From a virus (taxonomy: Duplodnaviria > Heunggongvirae > Uroviricota > Caudoviricetes): a stretch of 64,000 bases of DNA. Position 1 is the first letter of the stretch, and each line of letters begins with the position of its first letter. The DNA lies in IMG/VR virus record IMGVR_UViG_3300026097_000012, positions 8,953 to 72,952 of that record, one strand, 5' to 3'. The notes under the pieces are model-generated. The model did not search any database. It was not told the origin of the DNA and saw only the letters and a list, made by a program, of their open reading frames with translations. Both the position numbers and the translations under genes were made by a program. Of the stretch, positions 48,109 to 56,800 are shown piece by piece.

Positions 48109-48342
48109 TATTGTCTAATCCATGTGATTGTACGCTGCCCGAGCGGAAGTGATCACGCTAACCCATACCGCAATTTGGGATCCCTAAGAGTAGAAGACGG
48201 ATGAGGGGATATAGGACAACATTTAAAAGGCTTAAGAGAAACTTCCTCCTAAACATAAACTATGCGGGAGTCCTTCGGGATATCCCCCGCAACCACAAAA
48301 ATAGTTTCTCTAATTTCCTTTTATTTTTATATGGTCCATTCA

Positions 48343-48410
48343 GGTTTGAGTAGTCGGTCTCTAAAACCGATAGCCTTGGGTTCGAATCCCATATGGACTA
48401 CGAAACTTTA
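48343..48410 (+). tRNA. candidate amber-suppressor tRNA, anticodon CTA (reads UAG); amino-acid identity unknown
   Basis: Acceptor ggtccat/atggact, perfect anticodon stem tcggt/accga with loop ctCTAaa, T-arm ttggg ttcgaat cccat. The D-arm is short or degenerate (total 68 nt), which lowers confidence. Confidence 0.5.
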
Positions 48411-48432
48411 TTAAATAATAAAGTATAATAGA

Positions 48433-48446
48433 ATAAATAATAAAAA
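48433..48446 (+). promoter_or_regulatory. phage promoter-like motif ATAAATAATAAAAA
   Basis: Exact 14-mer 8 nt upstream of ATG 48455 (PTH2-like gene). Confidence 0.5.
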
Positions 48447-48454
48447 CAACAATT

Positions 48455-48814
48455 ATGAACAGAATCGAAGAATTCACTTAGGTACAACCTAAAAACAAAC
48501 TTGTAGTCATTACAAGAAATGATATTCCAGATGGATATCAATTAGTTCAATCAAATCACGCGGTAGCAGACTTTGCTTACGAACACCCGCAAAAGTTCAA
48601 GGAATGGAAGGACTCTTCCAATTACATCATCTCATTACAGATTCCTAACGAACAGCAGTTAATTAAACTTTACGAAAAATTATCTGATCAAGGAGCAATT
48701 GCCACTTTGTTTAGAGAACCTGACATCGATGACGAAGCAACATCATTTGCTTTCTTCGGTACAGATGACTTGCGTAGAAAAGTTTCAAATCTAAAATTAT
48801 CACTAAAAAAATAA
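48455..48814 (+). CDS. PTH2-like peptidyl-tRNA hydrolase with an in-frame TAG after codon 8 (48479..48481)
   Basis: ATG 8 nt after promoter motif 48433..48446. Translation is MNRIEEFT-TAG-VQPKNKLVVITRNDIPDGYQLVQSNHAVADFAYEHP...EWKD...ISLQIPNEQQLIKLYEKL...FREPDID, matching PTH2 (LVVRTDL...AAQxxHAAV). Confidence 0.5.
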
Positions 48815-48930
48815 AGAACTATGAAAGATACATAGGTACGTCAAAGAGGTCCATAATGTAAAATACAATTTACAAAACAATAGGAATTGTAAACCTTATT
48901 TTACAAAACAAAAAAATAAAATTTAATATT

Positions 48931-49311
48931 ATGGAAACTCAAGAATTCAAACAATACACATTAAGCGAAGCGTACGGAGCTTTAAAACAAAACGCAGAAA
49001 AATTTGATTGGGAAATTACAGGTGATTTACCAGAAGAACCAAAGGACTTTTATTCTCAAAATCAAAGAAAGAGATATAACAAAGCTATCAACAGACTGGC
49101 TAAGAAGCCAACTAGGAGATCTGCAAATCACTTATTCTATATCATTTCTAAGATCACAGGTGAAAATAAAATTCAAGTTAATCTTGGTACTAAAGAACGT
49201 GAAATTCAATCAAAACGTAAAGCCTGGTTGAAATTGAGAGACGAGGCAGATAAAGCACTAGCTGCTTACAAAGAAGAAAAAGGAAACTTTTATAAAAATA
49301 TTTTGAAATAA
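48931..49311 (+). CDS. hypothetical basic protein (126 aa)
   Basis: ORF only. Confidence 0.5.
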   Translation: METQEFKQYTLSEAYGALKQNAEKFDWEITGDLPEEPKDFYSQNQRKRYNKAINRLAKKPTRRSANHLFYIISKITGENKIQVNLGTKEREIQSKRKAWLKLRDEADKALAAYKEEKGNFYKNILK

Positions 49312-49345
49312 TCAAAACTTTTGTTGTATATTTGAATATAATATT
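49296..49345 (+). promoter_or_regulatory. Bacteroidetes-type promoter candidate (TTTG ... TATATTTG)
   Basis: TTTG at 49302..49305, TATATTTG at 49327..49334; followed by a ~190-nt ORF-poor transcript ending at terminator 49489..49527. Confidence 0.4.
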
Positions 49346-49488
49346 ACAACAGATTAATAAATAACTAAAATGAAAACACTTTTAAACATATCAAGGCTGA
49401 GCTCGACGAGTTTATGTACGTCAATAAGACGTGACAGACCAGGCTATGTGTTTATAGAAAGTTAACATTTTTACTTTATAAACCTTTT

Positions 49489-49527
49489 TTAAAGCCTGAT
49501 CGATTCATTTCAATCAGGCTTTTTTGT
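49489..49527 (+). terminator. rho-independent terminator
   Basis: agcctgat ... atcaggct + T-run. Confidence 0.8.
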
Positions 49528-49554
49528 TCATTGACATCTTGGAATACTAATTAC

Positions 49555-49646
49555 GGAGGAATCAGCCGAAAGATTCTGGGTAGCGGCAACTGTCTTGAAA
49601 ACAGTCTGATGTAAAAGTCGTGGGAGTTCGAATCTCCCTTCCTCCG
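49555..49646 (+). tRNA. tRNA-Ser(TGA), long variable arm
   Basis: Perfect acceptor ggaggaa/ttcctcc; loop ctTGAaa. Confidence 0.8.
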
Positions 49647-49688
49647 CTAAAACTATTAAGACATGAAAGATAGTTGAAATGTCAATAT

Positions 49689-49762
49689 GCCTCCTTAGCT
49701 CAGTTGGCCAGAGCAGCTCACTTGTAATGAGCAGGTCGTCAGTTCGAATCTGACAGGAGGCT
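49689..49762 (+). tRNA. tRNA-Thr(TGT)
   Basis: Perfect acceptor gcctcct/aggaggc; loop ctTGTaa. Confidence 0.85.
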
Positions 49763-49765
49763 CAA

Positions 49766-49855
49766 GGATTAATAAGACGAATCACGCGCATGATTATGTC
49801 GAGACCACAAGGATAGTGGAGCGCAACTCGAGGGGTTCGAATCCCCCTATTAATC
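49766..49855 (+). pseudogene. tRNA-like element with a good acceptor/T-arm but aberrant middle
   Basis: gattaat ... agggg ttcgaat cccct attaatc; the internal 50 nt do not form D/anticodon arms. Confidence 0.3.
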
Positions 49856-49862
49856 CCTAACT

Positions 49863-49936
49863 GGCGGTGTGGTCGAGTGGTTAGGCACTAGTCTGCAAAA
49901 CTAGGTACATCAGTTCAAATCTGATCACCGCCTCCA
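49863..49936 (+). tRNA. tRNA-Cys(GCA), CCA encoded
   Basis: Loop ctGCAaa. Confidence 0.8.
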
Positions 49937-49939
49937 AAT

Positions 49940-50013
49940 GGCCCGTTAGCTCAGCTGGATAGAGCAACTGCCTTCTAAGCAGTAGGTCCCAGGTTCGAAT
50001 CCTGGACGGGTCA
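49940..50013 (+). tRNA. tRNA-Arg(TCT)
   Basis: Loop ctTCTaa. Confidence 0.8.
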
Positions 50014-50192
50014 CAAGGGTAAAGGAGAAAAAGCGTATAATGGTAGACATAGAGAGATGTCGCGCAAGGGTACCCACTAAGGACAAGCAGATATTCTTAA
50101 TTGTAGTATCATCAGTCTCAGCTCTCTAATGGTGAGTGAAGCAATATTGCGAGATTCCTGATAAAACCATTACCTCCTTTACTTTTAACTAC

Positions 50193-50267
50193 GCTCCAGT
50201 GGTGAAGTTGGCAAAGCACGTAGAACTTAAAATTCTATTATCATGGGTTCGAGTCCCATCTGGAGTA
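50193..50267 (+). tRNA. tRNA-Leu(TAA), type I (short variable arm)
   Basis: Loop ctTAAaa; D-loop similar to the Leu(TAG) paralog. Confidence 0.6.
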
Positions 50268-50308
50268 CTATGACGGATTATAGTAGAAGTTCCTTCTAAT
50301 TTCCTTCT

Positions 50309-50390
50309 AAGAACGTGGTCGCGGGTTCGAGTCCCGCCTCCTCCACAACATTAATATTTAATGGGGGAGTAGCTCAGCTGGTAGAGCACG
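50309..50390 (+). ncRNA. permuted tRNA-like module B: T-arm + acceptor hairpin + D-arm
   Basis: tggtc gcggg ttcgagt cccgc, ctcctcc, a, 17-nt loop, gggggag, ta, gctcagctggtagagc; substitutions are compensatory relative to module A. Confidence 0.55.
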
Positions 50391-50419
50391 ATAATACTTC
50401 TATAAATTACCGTCAATTT

Positions 50420-50496
50420 GCCCACGTGCGGAAACGGCAAAGCCGGCTACACTTAGGATGTAGTGATTGGGGGTTCGATTCCCTCCGTGGGTACCA
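50420..50496 (+). tRNA. tRNA-Leu(TAG), type I, CCA encoded
   Basis: Acceptor gcccacg/cgtgggt; loop ctTAGga. Confidence 0.65.
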
Positions 50497-50514
50497 ATAT
50501 TAAAAAAAAGAGTT

Positions 50515-50775
50515 ATGAAACATTTAACTAAGGAAGAATTAGAACCTGGAGCGTATTATACAGGTTGGTGTAGAAATACATACGTCGCAGAATGGGATGC
50601 TAAGAAAGAAGTATTCGTACATATCCGATATAAATTTGGACATATGATCGATACTCTTCCACATTTCGACGACGTGAAAGAAACAAGACAAGATGGATTT
50701 ATTCCATTTGAAAAAATTAACCATCCTAAATTAGACAAAGAAATTAGAGAATACGTCTATAAAATAGGATATTAA
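50515..50775 (+). CDS. hypothetical protein (86 aa); start moved to the internal ATG to avoid the tRNA
   Basis: Track ORF 50467..50775 overlaps tRNA-Leu. Confidence 0.45.
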   Translation: MKHLTKEELEPGAYYTGWCRNTYVAEWDAKKEVFVHIRYKFGHMIDTLPHFDDVKETRQDGFIPFEKINHPKLDKEIREYVYKIGY

Positions 50776-50788
50776 AAATTAAAAAACA

Positions 50789-51022
50789 ATGGAAGTAAAG
50801 AAACAAGCATGGGATAACTTTTTAAGCGCTGTTGATTTTGAATCTGACGAGAACAATTTCAAATATGATTTTAAAACCATGTCCAAGAAATACGGAAATG
50901 CATTCATTGTTTATTGCAAAGCAGCATGGCAAGCAAATGGCGGAGTTCAAACTGAAGATGAATTCTGTAAGATGAACGCTAATATGCCACGCGGATTTTT
51001 TGACAAAGTTATTAATAAGTAA
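50789..51022 (+). CDS. hypothetical protein (77 aa)
   Basis: ORF only. Confidence 0.45.
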   Translation: MEVKKQAWDNFLSAVDFESDENNFKYDFKTMSKKYGNAFIVYCKAAWQANGGVQTEDEFCKMNANMPRGFFDKVINK

Positions 51023-51125
51023 AACATTAAATTGAGGATTAGATTAGTTGGCTTCCTTCTATAGCTCGTAAGAGCACCAAACTGCTAATTTGATAAAATA
51101 GCAACTACGATTCCCTCTTTTAACC

Positions 51126-51199
51126 GGTCCTTTAGCTCAGTTGGTTAGAGCACTTCACTCATAATGAATAGGTCACTGGTTCGAGCCCAGTATGGACCA
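51126..51199 (+). tRNA. tRNA(CAT), fourth CAT-anticodon tRNA (Met or Ile2)
   Basis: Loop ctCATaa; acceptor ggtcctt/atggacc. Confidence 0.6.
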
Positions 51200-51246
51200 C
51201 TAGCAGATATGGTAATTCTCTTGCCGCAACTTGAAAACTAAAGAAA

Positions 51247-51334
51247 AAAGAGAAACGGAGGATTACTCAAATGGTAAAGAGGCTTGTTTGCTAAACAAGT
51301 AGGGTGTAAAAGCTACGGGAGTTCGAACCTCCCA
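51247..51334 (+). tRNA. tRNA-Ser(GCT), long variable arm, CCA encoded
   Basis: Perfect acceptor ggaggat/atcctcc; loop ttGCTaa. Confidence 0.85.
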
Positions 51335-51408
51335 TCCTCCGCCAAAATAAAATAGTATGAAAAGATTCAGAAAGGGTTCAGTGTTTAGGTTTAAAAAACC
51401 AAAACGCT

Positions 51409-51600
51409 ATGAGCAAAAACAGAAACAGAGCAAAACTGAACAAAGCACAAACTAGTAAAGAATACTTATCTATTCAATATGACATTAGCTATCCAATTTG
51501 CTGGGATGAAGGTATCTCATTTAAAGGTAGGTTAATGATATTCGAACAAAGAGAATGTAGAACGTGGAAGCATACTAGAAAAACACAATGGAAGGAGTAA
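51409..51600 (+). CDS. hypothetical protein (63 aa)
   Basis: ORF only. Confidence 0.4.
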   Translation: MSKNRNRAKLNKAQTSKEYLSIQYDISYPICWDEGISFKGRLMIFEQRECRTWKHTRKTQWKE

Positions 51601-51611
51601 TCCTTCCTTTT

Positions 51612-51685
51612 GGCCCATTAGCTCAGCTGGATAGAGCACTCGATTACGGATCGAGAGGTCCGGGGTTCGAATCCCTGATGGGTCT
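51612..51685 (+). tRNA. tRNA-Arg(ACG)
   Basis: Loop ttACGga. Confidence 0.8.
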
Positions 51686-51843
51686 CAATTAATTATAATC
51701 TTTCTAGTATATCCTCCTACTTTTAGGATATTAATTCCAGACGGAAGATCTCCAATGTATATGATTAGAGTGTACCTGTGATAGTGTAATATTTGACATC
51801 GACACTATTATAAGCATCGTAATTAATAGTTTAAATAATTTCA

Positions 51844-52488
51844 TTATTGGATTTCGTTTTTTAAATATGCGTAAATGTATTTGTGATATCTCTTAAGTAT
51901 TTTATCATCTACATTTTTTTCTATAGTATTATATAGTCGTATAGTGTTTAGGTTTCTCATTGCATCTTCTGCATTATCATATTTTCCACTCGATATTAAC
52001 ATATCTGCAATTGAATGTGAAAATGCCATGACTTCATCTTTATTTGAAAAATAAGATCCTTGGTTTTTTGGATCTTCAATAGGTGTTACTACATTGTCAG
52101 GTCGTCTACTATATTGTCCAATGTGAATTGCTTCATGTTTTAGCATATGAAAGATATGATCAATTGCCCTCTTGTCAATTCTAGGAATGGATATTACAAC
52201 TCGAGGTCCTCCTGTTACTGGATTAACCATTGCAAATAATCCAGCTTGTCTAGGAGGAGCAGTATGCTTTACTTCTTCTGGAAGTTCATCTAGAAACTCA
52301 TCGTATGTTACAATTTCAACCCCGTTATGATCTCCAATAGCTTTTACATCGTCAATTGATAAGCTCCCACGTTGAACGTCTATCATGTCTACAACATCGT
52401 CGTAGAACTCCTGTACGCCTTCTTGTTCCTTCCAGTCTATTATAGCCTCATTTAAGATATCCCATTTATTAAAACTAAGTGCTTTCAT
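51844..52488 (-). CDS. putative zinc metallopeptidase (HExxH)
   Basis: MLKHEAIHIGQ. Confidence 0.55.
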   Translation of the reverse strand: MKALSFNKWDILNEAIIDWKEQEGVQEFYDDVVDMIDVQRGSLSIDDVKAIGDHNGVEIVTYDEFLDELPEEVKHTAPPRQAGLFAMVNPVTGGPRVVISIPRIDKRAIDHIFHMLKHEAIHIGQYSRRPDNVVTPIEDPKNQGSYFSNKDEVMAFSHSIADMLISSGKYDNAEDAMRNLNTIRLYNTIEKNVDDKILKRYHKYIYAYLKNEIQ

Positions 52489-52541
52489 ACTTTATTATTT
52501 ATCAATTTAATTTACACTTTACATTTAGTATACTAAATAAT

Positions 52542-53225
52542 ATGAAAATAATTAGTAAACATAAAGACTATTATGACTGGGCAGTTTCAATCTATGGATT
52601 AGACGAGATAATGGTATATGATCGTAGAACTGAATATCTTGAAAAACCGGAAAAAGATCCAACTACTAGGCCATTAAATGGTCACAAAGTAGCTTCTCAT
52701 AAATTTTCAATATGTAATAGAATATATGTTGTATATCAATATAGAAATAAATTCTATCATACTGTTGACGATTTATTAGTACTCAATGAAATATTGAAAG
52801 TTGAGAAAGTAGATGATACATTTTTACGTACAAAATACAGCTGGAGAAACGAGAATAAAAAATTAAGAACAGTTGCTGAAGAGAAATACAAAAAGGAAAA
52901 TCACAAAAGTAAAGTAAATAAGGAAATAAGAGAGCCAGTTTTAATTCAAGCTGCTTATTCAAAGGGATCATTTCCATTTACGGCGCAACGAAAAGGAGCA
53001 ACGTTTTTTGATTCTAATAAAAAGATATCATCATATTGGAGAATTCCAGATTTATCTGCTTATGGATTTGCAAGCTGGTTCTCATCTGAGCAAATGTTTC
53101 AAGATGTATATGCATTCATTAGTTGGAAGAAAGATCATCCGGAAATCCCAAATAAACAAAGTGATACTGAAAAGCTTAAATCACATGGATTCGATGACAA
53201 AATTTCATTTAGACATAGAAAATAA
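52542..53225 (+). CDS. hypothetical protein; start taken at the internal ATG of track ORF 52479..53225
   Basis: Avoids overlap with the divergent minus-strand gene. Confidence 0.5.
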   Translation: MKIISKHKDYYDWAVSIYGLDEIMVYDRRTEYLEKPEKDPTTRPLNGHKVASHKFSICNRIYVVYQYRNKFYHTVDDLLVLNEILKVEKVDDTFLRTKYSWRNENKKLRTVAEEKYKKENHKSKVNKEIREPVLIQAAYSKGSFPFTAQRKGATFFDSNKKISSYWRIPDLSAYGFASWFSSEQMFQDVYAFISWKKDHPEIPNKQSDTEKLKSHGFDDKISFRHRK

Positions 53226-53257
53226 AACCTTAATATAAAATCAAGTAAAATATTTAC

Positions 53258-53911
53258 ATGAAAGCAGATAATATTTACCATAAAATTTTAAAGGATCCAA
53301 TACTTGCAATGGCGTTTAAACATGTTGTTGAAATTAACAAATCAAATTATGCACCATATCATCATTTTCATCACATGATTTGTGTTGCTAAATGGTCAAT
53401 GATTTTAGCTGAGTCTGAAGGAGTTGAAGAAGCAAGTGCAGATTGGTATGAATTAGTATTAGCTAGTATGTTCCATGACATCAATCATTCAATGGGTAAA
53501 TTACCAGATGGAGATAATGTAAAAGAGGCAATCGAGCAATATAGAAATTTCCATACTTCAAATATCTCATTTAGAAGTGATGTTCCAATTAACGGTAATC
53601 GTGTATTTAATATTATATCTGCGACTCAATTTCCATATGTTATAGATGATGCGGATTTAAATATTCAACAATCAATTATTAGAGATGCAGATCTCCTAGT
53701 TTCTCTAGAACCAGATTGGTTTCAAAACGCATTTCTAGGATTGATGAATGAAATGGGAGTAGGTGATATTGAAAAGATGATTGCTGGTCAAAAAGCATTT
53801 CACCTTGGAATTGAGATGAAAACTCAGACTGGAAAAGATTTATATACAGATCGATGGCCAAGTCAATGTATTAAAACAATAGAACTTTTAGAAGATCTAT
53901 ATAAAAACTAA
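53258..53911 (+). CDS. HD-domain phosphohydrolase
   Basis: HHFHHMICVA ... MFHDINH. Confidence 0.75.
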   Translation: MKADNIYHKILKDPILAMAFKHVVEINKSNYAPYHHFHHMICVAKWSMILAESEGVEEASADWYELVLASMFHDINHSMGKLPDGDNVKEAIEQYRNFHTSNISFRSDVPINGNRVFNIISATQFPYVIDDADLNIQQSIIRDADLLVSLEPDWFQNAFLGLMNEMGVGDIEKMIAGQKAFHLGIEMKTQTGKDLYTDRWPSQCIKTIELLEDLYKN

Positions 53912-53914
53912 TTT

Positions 53915-54265
53915 ATGAAAAGTAAATATTGGAAAATGTCAAGATGGCACACTGAGTCATGTAAGAAAATTCCAAAACATCCAAATGGACAAGTGTTCAC
54001 GACTCACAAATCTGACTTACCTGGAGTGATTGCATATAAAACATCAAAAGGAAATGTAAAGGTTCTTAGATGTGAAGAGGGAGTGAATGGATTCATCTCA
54101 ATGCAGGACTTAGTTGAAAATAATACAAGAGTCAGGAAACTGTCATTTAAAGGAATAGGAAGAGGCGATACTATGAATAATGCAATTTTAGCAGGAAGAA
54201 AGGTTTACGGATTCTATAATGCATATAATTTATTCAAAGATTGGAGAAAAATTAAGTGTTCGTAA
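53915..54265 (+). CDS. hypothetical protein (116 aa)
   Basis: ORF only. Confidence 0.45.
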   Translation: MKSKYWKMSRWHTESCKKIPKHPNGQVFTTHKSDLPGVIAYKTSKGNVKVLRCEEGVNGFISMQDLVENNTRVRKLSFKGIGRGDTMNNAILAGRKVYGFYNAYNLFKDWRKIKCS

Positions 54266-54277
54266 AGTATAATAACA

Positions 54278-54535
54278 ATGAACAGACGAAATATAGGATC
54301 AAAGTTCGAAGAGATAAATCGTGCAGAAACATTTGCTCAATTATCTCAGGCTATTTTAAACATAGCTGATAGAGATGGAAACATACAAGGACGAAACATT
54401 TTATTTAGTGCAAAAGAATTATCTCAACAATGTTTAGAATTAAGAGACGATGAGCATAAGAACTGGAATTTATTAACAAGGGAATATGGAATCCGACAAC
54501 AAGCCATTTATTTAGATTATTATAATTGCCCATGA
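54278..54535 (+). CDS. hypothetical protein (85 aa)
   Basis: ORF only. Confidence 0.45.
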   Translation: MNRRNIGSKFEEINRAETFAQLSQAILNIADRDGNIQGRNILFSAKELSQQCLELRDDEHKNWNLLTREYGIRQQAIYLDYYNCP

Positions 54536-55689
54536 CAATACAAGAATTAAGAGATCGTAATTTAATTATCTTTGAAGCAGTCGGAGGATCTCGTGCATAT
54601 GGAACAGATTTACCAACAAGTGATACTGACATTAGAGGAGTTTTTATGCTTCCACAGGACGATGTTCTTGGTAGTAAATATATTGAACAGGTAAACGATG
54701 ATAAAAGTGATATTGTCTTCTATGAGATTAGAAGATTCATCGAATTAATTTCTACTGCTAATCCAAATATATTAGAGTTATTAAATACTCCAGAAAAATG
54801 TATTATTTATAAGCATCCAGTATTTGATCAACTTCTCCAACATAAAAAAGCGTTTGTAACTAAACTTTGTAGAAATAGTTTTGGCGGATATGCATCTCAG
54901 CAAATTAAAAAAGCAAGAGGGATGAAGAAGAAAATTGTAAATCCAGTTGATAAGGAGAGAAAGTCTCCACTTGATTTTTGTTATGTTGTGGATCCTAAGG
55001 GAAAAGGAACTATTCCATTAAGAGAGGTTAGTACTGGTAAAAATTCAATGTTCGGATACGAATCTAAGCACTTTGGAGTTTCAGTAATTTCTCATGCCAG
55101 AGACCTATATTATTTATGGAAAAATGATAGACCTATCTATAAAGGAATAATCAATGAGGATCTTACTTCTAATGAACTTAGATTGAGTTCAATTCCAAAG
55201 GGTCAAAAGCCATTCGCAATAATATCATATAATAAAGATGGATATTCAGCATATTGTAAGGATTATAAAGAATACTGGGAATGGGTTGAAAATAGAAACC
55301 CAGATCGATATGAAACTAATCAAAAGCACGGCAAGGGATATGATTCTAAAAATCTGATGCATTGTCATCGATTATTAGATATGTCACTTGAAATCTTAAA
55401 CGGAGAAGGGATAATCGTTCGTAGACCAAACAGAGAAGAACTTTTAAAAATTAGAAGTGGTGAAAGGGATTATGATGAATTATTAGCAGATGCTGAGTCC
55501 AAGCTTAAAAAAATGGATGAACTTTTTATGAAGTCCAATCTTCCTAGTAAGGTTGACAGGGATTTTACAAATAGATTATTAATTAGTATGAGAAAGAAGT
55601 TCTATGAAGGAATTGGATGCGCTAATAAATACAGAAAAAAGGTAGATACTAATTCTGGAAATTGGCACGGAGATGTTGATGAATATTAA
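54526..55689 (+). CDS. Pol-beta-superfamily nucleotidyltransferase; possibly tRNA CCA-adding-like
   Basis: AVGGSRAYGTDLPTSDTDIRGVF (GG/GS ... DxD) resembles the class II CCA/poly(A) polymerase head motif. Confidence 0.6.
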   Translation: MPMTIQELRDRNLIIFEAVGGSRAYGTDLPTSDTDIRGVFMLPQDDVLGSKYIEQVNDDKSDIVFYEIRRFIELISTANPNILELLNTPEKCIIYKHPVFDQLLQHKKAFVTKLCRNSFGGYASQQIKKARGMKKKIVNPVDKERKSPLDFCYVVDPKGKGTIPLREVSTGKNSMFGYESKHFGVSVISHARDLYYLWKNDRPIYKGIINEDLTSNELRLSSIPKGQKPFAIISYNKDGYSAYCKDYKEYWEWVENRNPDRYETNQKHGKGYDSKNLMHCHRLLDMSLEILNGEGIIVRRPNREELLKIRSGERDYDELLADAESKLKKMDELFMKSNLPSKVDRDFTNRLLISMRKKFYEGIGCANKYRKKVDTNSGNWHGDVDEY

Positions 55690-56180
55690 TGGAACGATTG
55701 AAGGAAATACCGATTGAAGGTGCAGATTTTCAATATTTTGCATCCACCCTTGGTAAGATATATCGATGGAATGGTAAAGACTTTAGAGAGCTAAAGGGAT
55801 GGGACCATTATTATAAAAGATGGGATCATCATTATATTCGATATGGAATAAAGATAAACGGTAAGTACAAGAACATGTATGGACAAAGGTTAGTTCTATT
55901 GGCATTTGTCGGTCCACCTCCAAATTCAAACGATGTTGCGAGACACGGACCAAATGGAAGTTTAGACAATAGACCATGTCAATTGAAATGGGGAACTCAT
56001 CAGGAGAATATGAATGAGGACCGAAAGAGAGATGGAAACTATTACAATAGAGGAATAAATAAAAAGGTTAAAGATGAGCCTGAAACAGAACGATGGGATC
56101 ATGATCCTGAACATGATGCATTCTGGGATAAAATTGAAAAGGATCATAAAAACGGCGTAGTTCATACTTGCCCATTTTAA
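55689..56180 (+). CDS. HNH homing endonuclease (AP2/HNH_3-like)
   Basis: NGSLDNRPCQLKWGTHQENMNE. Confidence 0.65.
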   Translation: MERLKEIPIEGADFQYFASTLGKIYRWNGKDFRELKGWDHYYKRWDHHYIRYGIKINGKYKNMYGQRLVLLAFVGPPPNSNDVARHGPNGSLDNRPCQLKWGTHQENMNEDRKRDGNYYNRGINKKVKDEPETERWDHDPEHDAFWDKIEKDHKNGVVHTCPF

Positions 56181-56189
56181 AATAAAAAT

Positions 56190-56543
56190 ATGAAGGTAAA
56201 AATAGACAATATTGAAGGAGAAGAAATAAAAAACAATGAAACGTATATATTAGAGGATAATGCGTATCTTGAACATATGACTCTTTCTAGAACCCTATTA
56301 AAAGAGGGACAATCAACTAGAGGACACTCTCATGAAAAAGAAGAAGAAGTTTATATGTTTACACACGGTGAAGCATTTATGCAAATAAATGAAGAATTCC
56401 ACCATGCTAAATCAGGAGACGTTTTCTTGATAAAGGCTGGAGAATTTCACAGAGTTTTTAATAAATCAGAGTCACACACGTGTGCTTTTACTTGTATTTT
56501 TGAAAAATACGATAGAGCAAGTGATGACGCAAAATACAAATAA
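56190..56543 (+). CDS. cupin-domain protein
   Basis: GHSHEKEEEVYMFTHGEAF...GDVFLIKAGEFHRV. Confidence 0.6.
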   Translation: MKVKIDNIEGEEIKNNETYILEDNAYLEHMTLSRTLLKEGQSTRGHSHEKEEEVYMFTHGEAFMQINEEFHHAKSGDVFLIKAGEFHRVFNKSESHTCAFTCIFEKYDRASDDAKYK

Positions 56544-56545
56544 CA

Positions 56546-56800
56546 ATGAGTAAAGAAAAAGACGAAGCAACATTAATGGCAGATGCTATGAATGAACAAC
56601 TTAACGGAGTTAAGGAATTTCTAAAATTAGCATTTGCGATTGACGGAGAGGTAACAACTGACGGAAAACAAGTATTAACCATTGAACAGGATGGAACTAA
56701 ATACAAAGGAATCTCATTTACTCTTACTGATTCAGAAAGAGGAAAGTTCATAATAGTGATGTCAAATCCTGAACCCATTAAAGATGGTAGCACGAAATAA
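56546..56800 (+). CDS. hypothetical protein
   Basis: ORF only. Confidence 0.4.
   Translation: MSKEKDEATLMADAMNEQLNGVKEFLKLAFAIDGEVTTDGKQVLTIEQDGTKYKGISFTLTDSERGKFIIVMSNPEPIKDGSTK

Noticed and set aside
50176-50190. ccattacctccttt as the 3' end of a 16S rRNA gene
   Set aside because: There is no rRNA-like conserved sequence upstream, and the match is only about 10 nt.
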